Below are positions 1-9,890 of a DNA stretch of 64,000 nt, piece by piece. Each line of letters opens with the position of its first letter. The first letter of the stretch is position 1. Origin of the DNA: Chthoniobacteraceae bacterium (GTDB taxonomy: Bacteria; Verrucomicrobiota; Verrucomicrobiia; Chthoniobacterales; Chthoniobacteraceae). Location: assembly GCA_031409655.1 (NCBI GenBank), contig JANNXQ010000107.1, positions 1 to 64,000 on the forward strand. The letters run 5' to 3'. Below the pieces are notes generated by a model that made no database searches, had not been told where the DNA came from, and worked only from the letters and a program-made list of their open reading frames with translations. A program made the translations under genes and the position numbers.

Positions 1-3000
1 GGACCAGCGCGCCGCGATCCCCGATTTGTTCGCTGCGGGCGTTTTCGAGCCGACCGCCGTTGTCGATGATGATGTCCGCCGTCGTGCTGGGGTTGTCATC
101 GGTGGGGATCGCGCCATTGAGCGCGGGGCTGTCCAGCACCAGCGTGCCTCCTTCCACTTGCGTAGGGCCGGTGTACGTGTTGGGGTTGGGGTTGGGGGCG
201 GCGAAAACCCAGGTACCCACTTCAGTCTTGATCACGGTGGTGGGTTCACCCGGGCTGCGGTCGGAGATGGGGGAACCCATCTTATTGTCTCCCGTGTTCG
301 ACCCTCTGAATTCCACCACAATGGCCCCGGTTCCCGCAAAGCCGAGCGGGTCGGGATTGGCGATGGTCACCGTGTTCTCCTCGGAGGCCGCGTTGGATGC
401 GATCTTTCCAGTGTTCCCGCTGTCGCCGCCGATGACGATGTGGACGGCGGTCGTGGCCGGTTGCGGCGCGTCGTATTCGATCGTCCCTTTAGAGAGGATG
501 ACGGTCGGAGCCACACTGCCCCCTGGGCCCGGCCCGAAGCTGCCCGGCGCGCCGGGATTCCCCAGGATGGGAACATTCACGGTGCCTCCCTCAATCAGCG
601 TCGGGCCGGTATAAGTATTGGCGCCCGGGAGCCGCAACTTACCAGTCCCGCGGATGACCAGCGTCTCGGTCGCCGCGCCCGAGATGACGCCCTGGATGGT
701 CATGTCGTGAGCCTGCACGTCGATGTAGTGCCGCCCGCTGACGCCGCCGGTCAGGGCGATCGAGCGATCCGGGTTGAGGATGATCCCGTTGGCTCCCGCC
801 TGGAGGGTGGCATTGCCGTGGAGGGTGGTGGTTCCGTTGTAAGCCCCGAGCGCAATGTCGTGGTCGATGTTGGTGATACCCAGGCCCACGATGGTGGCGT
901 TATGCACGTTGTTGCCGGTGAGCACATACTTGTTGGTCGCATTCGCTCCAGTCAGCCCGCCGAGGGTGAGCGCGAAGGCCCCGGAGATGTTGCCATTGAG
1001 CGTGGTCGTCGTGCCCGTGCCGTCGCTGCTGATGCCAGCATTGGCCGCGAGGATGATGTCACCGTGGAAGGTTCCGCCCTGCTCCGTGCGGATGACTCCG
1101 CGGCCCTCCGCGCCATTGCCGGCGATGGTGAACCGATTATTCCAGACGGAGCCGGCCCGGTTCACGTAAATTGATGAGAACCCAAAGCCGCCAATGACGG
1201 TGGTGATATTCCCGGTGCCGAATGGATCGGTCAAGTTGTCCGCACCGAGCGCGATTCGCCCCGCCGCGAGCGCGGTAGTGCCGCCGATGGTGATCCGCCC
1301 GGTGTAATCCTGGGTGGCCGAGGAAGTGAGTACGGTGTTGGTGTTCCCGTTGCCCGTGATCGCGAGCGGTCCACTGCCGGAGAGCATATTGGCGCTGCCG
1401 AGCGTCAGGCCGAAGCCGTTGCCCGAGATGGCGCCGCCGCCGGGGCCGATGTCGAGGCCATGGTTCGCATGAAGCGCGAAGTTGGCGCTGGGCTGGAGCG
1501 TGCCGCCATTGAGGACGATGTTATTCACCGAACCAGTGCTGCCAAAGTTGCTATCCTGACCGGCGATCAGCGTGCCCTCGTTGACGAAGGTGCCAGCGGC
1601 GTACGTATTGACCGCGAGGGCGCCCAAAGTCACCGTTCCGAGCCCAGCCTTGACCAGCGCGTTGCCGCCATTGGCGAGGATCGGAGTATTGATCGTGAGG
1701 GCGTCCGCCGACGCGTTGGTGCGGACCACGAGATCCTGACCGGAAGAAGCGCGGATGCCGGCGCCACCGCTGAGGTTCGTGTTAGTGCCGGTCTTGAGGA
1801 TGCCATCCACGGTCACCGTCTGCGGGCTGGGGACGGAGGATACCGTGAAGGCATGGGCGCCCGCGATCTTGAGCGTGGTGAAGGTGGCGTCGGTCTGCGC
1901 CGTCACGGGCGCGGTAATTTCCTGATGCGTCGCGGAGGCGAGCGTTCCGCCACCCCCAGTGCTCACGGCCCCCGCGTCGCTGCCGTAGGCGAGGGCGCGG
2001 ACGTAACCGCCCGCATCATACCACGCGAAGTTGCTGCCCCCGAAAAAGGAGCCGTGATCGATGAAGGTATTGGTCGTGACGCCGTTGAGCACGATTTTGT
2101 TGGTCGATCCATTGGTGCCGCCGCTGACGACAAAGTTTGCCGTGGCCCCCGCGGTGCGGGCGGTCAGGGAATTGAAGGTGAGGCTCGCCAAGGTTCCGCC
2201 CAAAGTGGAGTTGATGGTGGCATTGCCCGCCACCCGCGTCAGGGCACCGATCGTTCTGATGCCGGCCGTGGGGTTCAGCCCACCGCCGGAGAGAAGCTGA
2301 CCGGTGCCAATGAACGTGACGGGGGACGAGGTGGAAAGCGAGCCGCCTTCCAATAGGCCGAGCGTGCCCCCGCCAATGGTGGTCGCGCCGGTGTAGAGGT
2401 TGGCGCCACGAAACGACTGCGAGCCGTTGCCGAGCTTGGTCAGACCGCCTGACCCGGTGATGACCGCGTCCGCGAGCCCATCCAACCCGGTGGCGCCGAC
2501 GCTAATAGAGTTGGAACCCAGCGCGACGGTGCCGGTCGCAAACAGCGCACCGAGATTGTAGGTGTTGGTGCCAGCCACGGCGAAGGCCACGGTGCCCAAG
2601 CTGCCCTTGTTGAGAGTGCTGTTTTGCACTGCGTTGACGTTGTTGAGGACGAGGGTGCCGCCGGTGGCAATGTTCGTGTTGCCGGTGTGGAGGTTCGCTC
2701 CGCTGAGCGTTTGGGTTGACGCTCCCACGCTGAAGCTGCCCGCCCCACTGAGCACGCCAGTGAAATTTCCTGAGCCGGATTGAACCGCCAAGACGCTCGT
2801 GGCCACGATATTGATCCGTCCACCGCCGGCGATGGCCCCTACGTCATCGCCAAACTCGTTGATCTCCGCATACGCGTCGTTACCCACGGTGAACACGCCG
2901 GTGTTACTCAGGAAATTGCCTTGGACCATCCGAAAGCGCGCGAGATTGGCGAGGGTCAGATGGCCCTGAAACGCAGCCTGGCCGGAGAAAGGGAACTGCG

Positions 3001-3601
3001 GCCCGATCACCAGCGTGCCGGCGTTGACGGTGATCGTCCCGCCGATGGCGTTCTGCGTGCCGCCCGCCGTGGCTCCTTTCAAGGTGAGAGTGCCGAGGCC
3101 TTCCTTGACAAAACCGCTGCTGGCGTTGACGAGCGCGGCAATGGTTGCGCTGGCATTTGTGGTGATGGTCGGCGCCGCGCCGGAAAGAGTGATCGTGTTC
3201 GCCGGGACATTGGCCGCGCCCTGGAGGACGTAGTTGCCGCTGCTCCCGGGATTGAAGGTGAGATTGCCGACCGTGATGGCGCTCCCGATGGTCACCGTGC
3301 CCGCCGCGCCGTTGCTATTGCCAAAGACGGCGTCATTCGGCCCGGAGTTCGACCAGCTCGAGTTTACGGCACCATTCCACCAGACGTTGTTGCCCGCCGT
3401 GGAGTTCCAGGTGCCGGCGCCATCGGTCACGCCGGCCGTGGCGCCATTGGCATCCCATGTGTAAGTGGCCGCGTCCGCGCTGGAAGGCGGGAAGAGCGCC
3501 GAGACCAAGCAAGCCGCCGACACGGCGAGAATGCGGCGGAACCGCGGCCCACTGATGGAACCCATGAGAAGACCCGGCGTGACCTTGCAGACATTGCGCA
3601 T
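1..3601 (-). CDS. Large secreted protein with autotransporter-associated beta-strand (PATR) repeats; C-terminus runs off the left edge
   Basis: Parts translated by hand (absent from the ORF track). Starts MRNVCKVTPG..., signal-like RRILAVSAACLVSALF then ATYTWDANG. Repeated motifs: GLTKLGNGSQSFRGANLYTGATTIGGGTL, GTGKLRLPGANTYTGPTLIEGGTV, NTYTGPTQVEGGTLVL. Alternative ATG at 3565. Confidence 0.88.
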   Translation of the reverse strand, partial: MRNVCKVTPGLLMGSISGPRFRRILAVSAACLVSALFPPSSADAATYTWDANGATAGVTDGAGTWNSTAGNNVWWNGAVNSSWSNSGPNDAVFGNSNGAAGTVTIGSAITVGNLTFNPGSSGNYVLQGAANVPANTITLSGAAPTITTNASATIAALVNASSGFVKEGLGTLTLKGATAGGTQNAIGGTITVNAGTLVIGPQFPFSGQAAFQGHLTLANLARFRMVQGNFLSNTGVFTVGNDAYAEINEFGDDVGAIAGGGRINIVATSVLAVQSGSGNFTGVLSGAGSFSVGASTQTLSGANLHTGNTNIATGGTLVLNNVNAVQNSTLNKGSLGTVAFAVAGTNTYNLGALFATGTVALGSNSISVGATGLDGLADAVITGSGGLTKLGNGSQSFRGANLYTGATTIGGGTLGLLEGGSLSTSSPVTFIGTGQLLSGGGLNPTAGIRTIGALTRVAGNATINSTLGGTLASLTFNSLTARTAGATANFVVSGGTNGSTNKIVLNGVTTNTFIDHGSFFGGSNFAWYDAGGYVRALAYGSDAGAVSTGGGGTLASATHQEITAPVTAQTDATFTTLKIAGAHAFTVSSVPSPQTVTVDGILKTGTNTNLSGGAGIRASSGQDLVVRTNASADALTINTPILANGGNALVKAGLGTVTLGALAVNTYAAGTFVNEGTLIAGQDSNFGSTGSVNNIVLNGGTLQPSANFALHANHGLDIGPGGGAISGNGFGLTLGSANMLSGSGPLAITGNGNTNTVLTSSATQDYTGRITIGGTTALAAGRIALGADNLTDPFGTGNITTVIGGFGFSSIYVNRAGSVWNNRFTIAGNGAEGRGVIRTEQGGTFHGDIILAANAGISSDGTGTTTTLNGNISGAFALTLGGLTGANATNKYVLTGNNVHNATIVGLGITNIDHDIALGAYNGTTTLHGNATLQAGANGIILNPDRSIALTGGVSGRHYIDVQAHDMTIQGVISGAATETLVIRGTGKLRLPGANTYTGPTLIEGGTVNVPILGNPGAPGSFGPGPGGSVAPTVILSKGTIEYDAPQPATTAVHIVIGGDSGNTGKIASNAASEENTVTIANPDPLGFAGTGAIVVEFRGSNTGDNKMGSPISDRSPGEPTTVIKTEVGTWVFAAPNPNPNTYTGPTQVEGGTLVLDSPALNGAIPTDDNPSTTADIIIDNGGRLENARSEQIGDRGALV

Positions 3602-3739
3602 AAATCGAGGATGCCCGGAAACCGCGCGCGCCGTCTTCCCAACTAAAGTATGAAAATGCGCGGGGCGTTTGGGATTGATGCTTGGCAGCGGACGGGTGGA
3701 GATGCTTGACTCCCCACCCGGCGCGCTGGTCGCGCTGGC

Positions 3740-4918
3740 ATGAAGGTTTCGCTCACCACCAAGTACTGTGCGCCGCACCGGGCGCCGCGCCGCACGGCCG
3801 ATCTCTCGCTCCTCAATCCGAGCGTGCAGAAGCCGCTGCTCGCGCTCCAGGAGGTGATGGAGAGCCGCACGTTTTTGAAAGCGGCGGAGCGCCTCATCCA
3901 CGCCGCGATCCCATGCGATGTCGTTTATACGCTGCTGCACTACTCGATGGATCGCGGGCGCTCGATGACGGCGTGGGGCAGCGACGGCGCCGAATTTACC
4001 AACGAGTATGTGCGCGAGAGCCTGATCGGGAATCCGCTGGGCTGGGTGCTCGCGACGAAGCCCGGCGTGAAGTCATTTCCGCTCTGCGATTGTTACCCGA
4101 GCATCGAGGCGATGGAGCGCTGTCCGTTTTTCCAGCGCTTCATCCAGCGCATCGGCATTTACCACGCGACGGTGATGCCCTTCTGGCGGGAAGGTCTCGA
4201 CGGTGCCGATCTCGTGATGGGGCCGCACCGCGGCCCGCAGTGGCCGAAGTTTTCCCCCGAGGAAGTCGCGCGGATGGAGCTGATCCACCCGCACATCGAC
4301 GCGGCCTACCGGCGCGTGAACAAACTTCAGAGCCAGAGCTGCGCGCGGCGCGGGCTGGAGGAATTCGTGGCGTCGCTCCCGCTGCCCGCCTTGCTGGTGG
4401 AGTGGGATCTGCGGCTGCTCTTTCACAATGCCTCGGCGAGTGAAGCCGTCGCGCGGTGGAAAGGCACGGACCCGCACCTCAAGACTGGTCCGGACGACCT
4501 TCAACTCCCGGCGAATTTGCGCACCGAAATCGAGACGCTACGCGAAGAGTGGACCACGGCGCTGCGGGAAAGTCCCGGTCCGGCGCTCTTCCGCGAACGC
4601 ACCGTGGCGCATCCCACCGTGCCCGGCTCGCGGGCGCTGATCTCCATGACCACGCTGCGCTCCCCGCATTTCGGCAAGCCGAGTTTCGTCATCCGCTTTG
4701 AGACGCACGGCAACGGGGCCAGGGATCCTCTCGCCTCCCTCGCCAAACTTTCCGACCGCGAGCAGAAACTCGTGCGCCTGGTCTGCGACGGCCAGAGCAA
4801 TCAGGAAATCGCCGAGGCCCTCGGGCGGTGCGTAAGCACGGTAAAGAGCGAGTTGCACGCGATCTTCAAGAAGCTCGGCATCCCGAGCCGCGCCCGGCTC
4901 ATGGCGCTGCTGCGGTAG
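3740..4918 (+). CDS. LuxR-family HTH transcriptional regulator with N-terminal GAF/PAS-like sensor region
   Basis: C-terminal LSDREQKLVRLVCDGQSNQEIAEALG..STVKSELHAIFKKLGI LuxR HTH; no receiver domain recognised. Confidence 0.85.
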   Translation: MKVSLTTKYCAPHRAPRRTADLSLLNPSVQKPLLALQEVMESRTFLKAAERLIHAAIPCDVVYTLLHYSMDRGRSMTAWGSDGAEFTNEYVRESLIGNPLGWVLATKPGVKSFPLCDCYPSIEAMERCPFFQRFIQRIGIYHATVMPFWREGLDGADLVMGPHRGPQWPKFSPEEVARMELIHPHIDAAYRRVNKLQSQSCARRGLEEFVASLPLPALLVEWDLRLLFHNASASEAVARWKGTDPHLKTGPDDLQLPANLRTEIETLREEWTTALRESPGPALFRERTVAHPTVPGSRALISMTTLRSPHFGKPSFVIRFETHGNGARDPLASLAKLSDREQKLVRLVCDGQSNQEIAEALGRCVSTVKSELHAIFKKLGIPSRARLMALLR

Positions 4919-4923
4919 GGCGG

Positions 4924-7014
4924 TCAGGCGACGGCCAGCGCCACCGGGTTTTCCCCACCGTCGTCGCCGAGGGTCCGGGTGACGATCGCGGCCAGTTGAT
5001 GGGCCAGATAGGGCTTCGGCAGGTAGTTGATGTCCTCCTGGATCTTCCGGTCGCCGAAAAGTTCCGCGCTGTAACCGCTGCTGTAGATGACCGGCAGGCC
5101 GGGGCGCTCGCTCGTGATGTGGTCCGCGACGTCGCCGCCCGAAAGCCCGCCGGGCATGATCATGTCCGTGAGGAGCAGGTCGATCTCATCGTGATGCTCC
5201 TGCCAGAGAGTCAGCGCCTCGCGGCCATCGGCGGCTTCGAAGACGTGCAGGCCGCATTCCTTCAAGACGCGGCAGACGAGCGAACGCACGCTCTTGTTGT
5301 CTTCGGCGACGAGCACCGTCCGCCCGCGCGCGGATGCCTTGGACACCGCCGAAGACACGGGCGCGCTCGCGGCCACGGCATCCGTTTCCGGGAGGAAAAT
5401 GCGGAAGCTCGTGCCCTCGCCGAGCACGCTCACGAGTTCCAGCCAGCCATCGTGCTGCTTCACGATGCCGTGGACCGTGGCCAGGCCCATGCCGGTGCCC
5501 TTGCCGGGTTCCTTCGTGGTGAAGAAGGGTTCGAAAATGCGCCGCGCCGTTTTTTCATCCATGCCCGTGCCGGTGTCGCGGACGGACAGGCAGAGGAAGC
5601 GCCCCACGCGCGCCTCTGGAAAGCGGCGGACGTGTTCCGCGGTGATCTCGACCAGCTCGGTGGAGATGAAAATTTTGCCGCCCGCCGGCATCGCATCGCG
5701 CGCGTTCACGACGAGATTCACGAGCACCTGCTCGAGGTTGCAGCGATCACCGAGGATCGGCGGAAGCCCGGGCGCACTTGCCGCGTGAATTTCGACGCTC
5801 TCGGGAATCAGCCGCGTGAGCATGACCATGACCTCGGAGACCACGTCGCCCAGACTGAGGCAGGTTTTTTCCATGACGTGCTTGCGGCTGAAGATGAGGA
5901 GCTGCCGCGTGAGCTGCGCGGCGCTCTGCGAAGCTTGCTGCACGGCAGCCAGCGAGTCCGCCACCTTCGGTTCGAGATTTCCCGCTTCGAGACGCAGGCT
6001 GGTGTGACACTGGATGACGGTGAGCAGGTTATTAAAATCATGCGCCACGCCCGCAGCGAGGTGGCCCACGGCTTCCATCTTCTGCGCCTGGCGAAGCTGG
6101 TTCTCGAGCGACGTTTGCTCGGAGACATCCTGCAGCACAGCGAGGACGTGCGGGCCGGCCGCGAGGGCAAAGGGTTCGAGCCAGAGCAGACCATTCCGGC
6201 GCTCGCCACTTTTCGGGTGAAATTCGCACTCGTGCCGGAGCAGCGTTTCGCCGCGGAAAAGGCGCTCGCCCGTGGTGCGGAGGAAATCTTCCGACGTCTC
6301 GATGCCCGCTTCCCAAAAGGATTGCCCGACGATTTCCTCCGCTGTCCGCCCGGTGGCGGCGAGGAGTGCGGGATTCGCCTGGAGCACGCTTTGATCGAAG
6401 ACGCGAAGGATTGCCGTCGGCAACGGGCAGGCGTCGAAGGCGCTCGCGAGGCGCTCTTCGGAAAGGCGGAGCGCGTTCCGGCTCCGCTCAAGGTCGGCGA
6501 ATCTCGCCGCCGATTCGCGCGTCACCTGCCATTTCGCAGTCATCGCGTGCGCGAGTTGGAGCACCTCGATGGTGTCGAAGGGCTTCTTCAAAATGACCAG
6601 CCGATCGGTGTGCCCGAGCTTTTCCACGATGTCCTGCCACGAGTAGTCCGAATACGCCGTGCAGATGATCACCTGCAGCCCGGGATTCACCGACCACAGA
6701 TGCATGATCGTCTCGAGTCCATCCCAGCCGGGCGGCATCCGCACATCGACGAAGGCCAGCGCGTAGGGACGCCCTTCCGCGAGCGCCGCCTCGACTTTCG
6801 CCAGCCCCTCCTGGCCTTGATGCGCGCTTTCGAGCTCGAAGGCCACGGGCGCCGCGGACCTCACACCTTTGCCGAGCACGGCGCTCAGCAGGTCGTCGGT
6901 CGCAGTATCGTGGCGCTGTCCCGCGAGGAGGATCTTGCGGAAATCCTCATGGATCGCCGGGTTGTCGTCGATGATGAGGATGCGCTTGCGGAGGCCGTCG
7001 GGGGATGGGTTCAT
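4924..7014 (-). CDS. Hybrid sensor histidine kinase (REC-PAS-HisKA-HATPase-REC)
   Basis: RILIIDDN..FVDVRMPPGWDG receiver, H-box AGVAHDFNNLL, FEPFFTTK.PGKGTGMGL, C-terminal LLLTDMIMPG receiver; ATG 7014 overlaps the upstream TGA (ATGA). Confidence 0.92.
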   Translation of the reverse strand: MNPSPDGLRKRILIIDDNPAIHEDFRKILLAGQRHDTATDDLLSAVLGKGVRSAAPVAFELESAHQGQEGLAKVEAALAEGRPYALAFVDVRMPPGWDGLETIMHLWSVNPGLQVIICTAYSDYSWQDIVEKLGHTDRLVILKKPFDTIEVLQLAHAMTAKWQVTRESAARFADLERSRNALRLSEERLASAFDACPLPTAILRVFDQSVLQANPALLAATGRTAEEIVGQSFWEAGIETSEDFLRTTGERLFRGETLLRHECEFHPKSGERRNGLLWLEPFALAAGPHVLAVLQDVSEQTSLENQLRQAQKMEAVGHLAAGVAHDFNNLLTVIQCHTSLRLEAGNLEPKVADSLAAVQQASQSAAQLTRQLLIFSRKHVMEKTCLSLGDVVSEVMVMLTRLIPESVEIHAASAPGLPPILGDRCNLEQVLVNLVVNARDAMPAGGKIFISTELVEITAEHVRRFPEARVGRFLCLSVRDTGTGMDEKTARRIFEPFFTTKEPGKGTGMGLATVHGIVKQHDGWLELVSVLGEGTSFRIFLPETDAVAASAPVSSAVSKASARGRTVLVAEDNKSVRSLVCRVLKECGLHVFEAADGREALTLWQEHHDEIDLLLTDMIMPGGLSGGDVADHITSERPGLPVIYSSGYSAELFGDRKIQEDINYLPKPYLAHQLAAIVTRTLGDDGGENPVALAVA

Positions 7015-9890
7015 GCGGTGGCGAGTTGGCAAAAGGAGAAGCGTGGCGAGACCGCGGCGGGCGCTTCCGCGAGCGGCAGTTCGAGCGTGAAGGTGGCGCC
7101 CATCCCCGGCCCGTCGCTCTGCGCGATGAGCGTGCCGCCCATCTCATGGGCGGCGAGCGAGCTGCAGTGCAGGCCGAAGCCGTGGCCGTCTTTCTTCGTG
7201 GTGAAGCCGTGGCCAAAGATGCGGTCGAGATTTTCGGGACCGATGCCACCGCCTTCGTCGCGCACGGAGATGCTCACCCGTCCGCGCTCGCATCGCGAAA
7301 CGGCGAGCGTCAGCCGCTTGCCGCCCGCGTCGTTGTCGGCCATCGCCTGCTTGGCGTTGCGGATGAGGTTCACGAGAATTTGCAGCGTCTTGTGGCGGTC
7401 CACGATCACCGGCGGCACGTCGTCAATTTCGCGCACCACTTCGACGCCGTGCCGGCTCAGCGCGGAGTCCTGAAGTTTGAGCGCATCTTCGAGGAGTTCG
7501 GAGACGGACAGCTTTTCCGAGATGCCCGAACCAGTGGCGAGATTCTGCTGCATGGCCACGATGTCGCGGATATGGCCGACATGGGAGACCAGCGTGCCGG
7601 TCTCCGCGGAGAGCATCTCGTGCTCGGTGCGGAGTCCTTCCGCCAGCCTCCCGAGGAGTTCGGGCACCAGCCGGCCGCGCGGATCGGTAGTGAGAAAATT
7701 GGCCAGCCCGCCGTTCTGCGCGCGGATGAGCGAGACGACTTCGTTCAGCTCGGCGACGCGCGAACCACGCACGCTGTCGCCGATGATGCACGCGGCGACG
7801 TTCACGCTGTTGAGCACGTTGCCGACGTTGTGGAGCACGTTCGTCGCGACCTCGGCCATGCCGGCCTTGCGCGAGATCACGCCGATCTGCGCGTTCATCG
7901 CCGCGAGCGCCTGCTGCGCTTGTTTGCGTTCGGCGATCTCCGCGGTGAGTTCCGCGGTGCGCTCGATCACCCGCGTCTCCAGTTCCTCGTGCGCCTGGCG
8001 CAGCGCTTCCTGCGCGCGCACGCGTTCGGCCAGTTCCAGGCGCAGGCGCTCGTTGCTCTCCGTCAGTGCGCTGCGGGCTTCGGAGAGACCGGCGCGCGCG
8101 CCTTCGAGTCCGCCAGCCGCGCGACCGATCTCCTCCTGCAGCTTGTTAAAGTTCAGCGCCATGTCGCCCACTTCATCCCGCGAGTGAACGGCGACGGGCA
8201 CAAGATCGACGCGCGCTTTCGCGGCATCGAGATCACCGGCGGCCAGCGCGCGCATCGCGCGGGTGAAGTCCGCGAGCGTGCCTTTCACGAGCTTCTCGGT
8301 GGCCTGCGAAACTTCGACGGCGGAATGCGCGATCATGCCCGGCAGGATCAGGCCGACGGCAAAGGTGAGCAGCGCGACGACAACGAACGTATCCTCGAGC
8401 ACGACGATGAGCGCCTGATTGTGCTCCGGCACGTGATCGACGGCGATGAGGTAGCCGATGGCATCGAGCACGAGCACGAGCAGCATCGCGCCGGTGAGCT
8501 TGAGGTGGAGCGTGCGCGCGATGCCGGGAAGCCCGGCTTTGCGGCGATCGGAAAATTTCCGCCACGCGTAGAGCAGCGCGCCGGAGTAGGCAAAAGCGAT
8601 GCCGATCAGCACCGTCGGCAGGCCGAACTGCTGAAAGCCAAAGATCGCGGTGAGCGCCCACGCGCTGGCGGCGATCAGGCCGAGGACGATCGTGCCGCGC
8701 GGCGCGCGATACGGGCGCTCCATCGCCGGTTCGTTCCGGCGCAGGAGCCAGACCGCGATATTCGGCATGGAGATGCCGATGAGATAAGTGAGATTCGCCG
8801 CCGCGATCAGCCACACCGGATCGCCGATGAGGAGAAACGCGATGGCCATGCCCGCGGTGAGGACGGTGGCCGTCCAGGGAGCATCGGTGCGCGAGCGCTT
8901 CGCGAGAAACTCAGGCAGCAGGCCGTCCTCCGAGAGTTGCGAAAGCGTCCGCGAGGCACCCGCGAGCGCGGCGATGGTGCCGTGGAGCATGTTGAAAATC
9001 ATGAACCAGATCGCCGTCGCTTTCGCCGCCGCACCGAGCAGCGGAGCGAAGGTGGGCCCGAGTTCGAGCGCGAGTTCCTTGCCCATCGCCTCCGGCCCGA
9101 GCGCGCCGAGCCAGATGATCGGGAGAATGACGAAGTAGAGCGTCGCCAGCCCGGCACTCGCAAACATCGCGCGCGGGACATTCTTTTTCGGGTCGATCGT
9201 TTCGCCCACGTGACACGCCGCCTGTTCAAACGCCGGCGCGGCAAAGCCAATAAGATACAGCCCGGCCATGATACTCGTGAACTGCCCGAACCAGCCCGCG
9301 AAAGGCACGGTGAGTTGAAACGTGAACGCCTGCTGCCAATCCACGCTCCCGCTGTAGATCGGCACGATCGCGGAGGTGAAGGCGAGCGCCGCCGATGCTG
9401 TGGCGATCGGCATCGCGAGCCGCATCACCCATTTCACTCCGCAGAGATTGATGAAGGTGAAAAAGAGCACGATGCAGGACGCCATGAGCGGCACCGGGAA
9501 CCACGGCAGGTACCATTGATTGATCGCCGAAGAGGCGAGCAGCGCCGTCAGACCGCACGTCGGCACCCAGCCCCACCAGTAACAAACGCCGGTGAGATTC
9601 GCGAGGATCGGGCTGTAAGGCCGGAACGCTTCCGCGCACGTCGCCGCGATTCCGCCCACGCGGTTCGGATACATGAGGATCAGTTCCGTCCAGCCAGGCG
9701 TCGCCATCCAGCCCAACACCAGACCGGCGATCAGCAAAAGTACGGACGCGCTTCCCTGCCCAATGATCGCGCCTTGCCCGATGAAAAGCGCGCTGAGGAG
9801 AAAGAGGCTTTGATTGATGCCGCCCATGGCGACGGAGGTGGTGCCAAACCAACCAATGGTGCGGGGATGGATGTAAGGATTCGTTTTCAT
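7011..9890 (-). CDS. APC-family amino acid/polyamine permease fused to HAMP and histidine kinase
   Basis: About 450 aa polytopic region (GGIA..CAEAF, GETIDPKKNVPRAM, SRTLSQLSEDGLLPEFL, ERPYRAP), two more TMs, HAMP-like SRDEVGDMALNFN, H-box VLHNVGNVLNSVNV, FTTKKDGHGFGL; ATG 9890 in ATGA overlap. Confidence 0.88.
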   Translation of the reverse strand: MKTNPYIHPRTIGWFGTTSVAMGGINQSLFLLSALFIGQGAIIGQGSASVLLLIAGLVLGWMATPGWTELILMYPNRVGGIAATCAEAFRPYSPILANLTGVCYWWGWVPTCGLTALLASSAINQWYLPWFPVPLMASCIVLFFTFINLCGVKWVMRLAMPIATASAALAFTSAIVPIYSGSVDWQQAFTFQLTVPFAGWFGQFTSIMAGLYLIGFAAPAFEQAACHVGETIDPKKNVPRAMFASAGLATLYFVILPIIWLGALGPEAMGKELALELGPTFAPLLGAAAKATAIWFMIFNMLHGTIAALAGASRTLSQLSEDGLLPEFLAKRSRTDAPWTATVLTAGMAIAFLLIGDPVWLIAAANLTYLIGISMPNIAVWLLRRNEPAMERPYRAPRGTIVLGLIAASAWALTAIFGFQQFGLPTVLIGIAFAYSGALLYAWRKFSDRRKAGLPGIARTLHLKLTGAMLLVLVLDAIGYLIAVDHVPEHNQALIVVLEDTFVVVALLTFAVGLILPGMIAHSAVEVSQATEKLVKGTLADFTRAMRALAAGDLDAAKARVDLVPVAVHSRDEVGDMALNFNKLQEEIGRAAGGLEGARAGLSEARSALTESNERLRLELAERVRAQEALRQAHEELETRVIERTAELTAEIAERKQAQQALAAMNAQIGVISRKAGMAEVATNVLHNVGNVLNSVNVAACIIGDSVRGSRVAELNEVVSLIRAQNGGLANFLTTDPRGRLVPELLGRLAEGLRTEHEMLSAETGTLVSHVGHIRDIVAMQQNLATGSGISEKLSVSELLEDALKLQDSALSRHGVEVVREIDDVPPVIVDRHKTLQILVNLIRNAKQAMADNDAGGKRLTLAVSRCERGRVSISVRDEGGGIGPENLDRIFGHGFTTKKDGHGFGLHCSSLAAHEMGGTLIAQSDGPGMGATFTLELPLAEAPAAVSPRFSFCQLATA

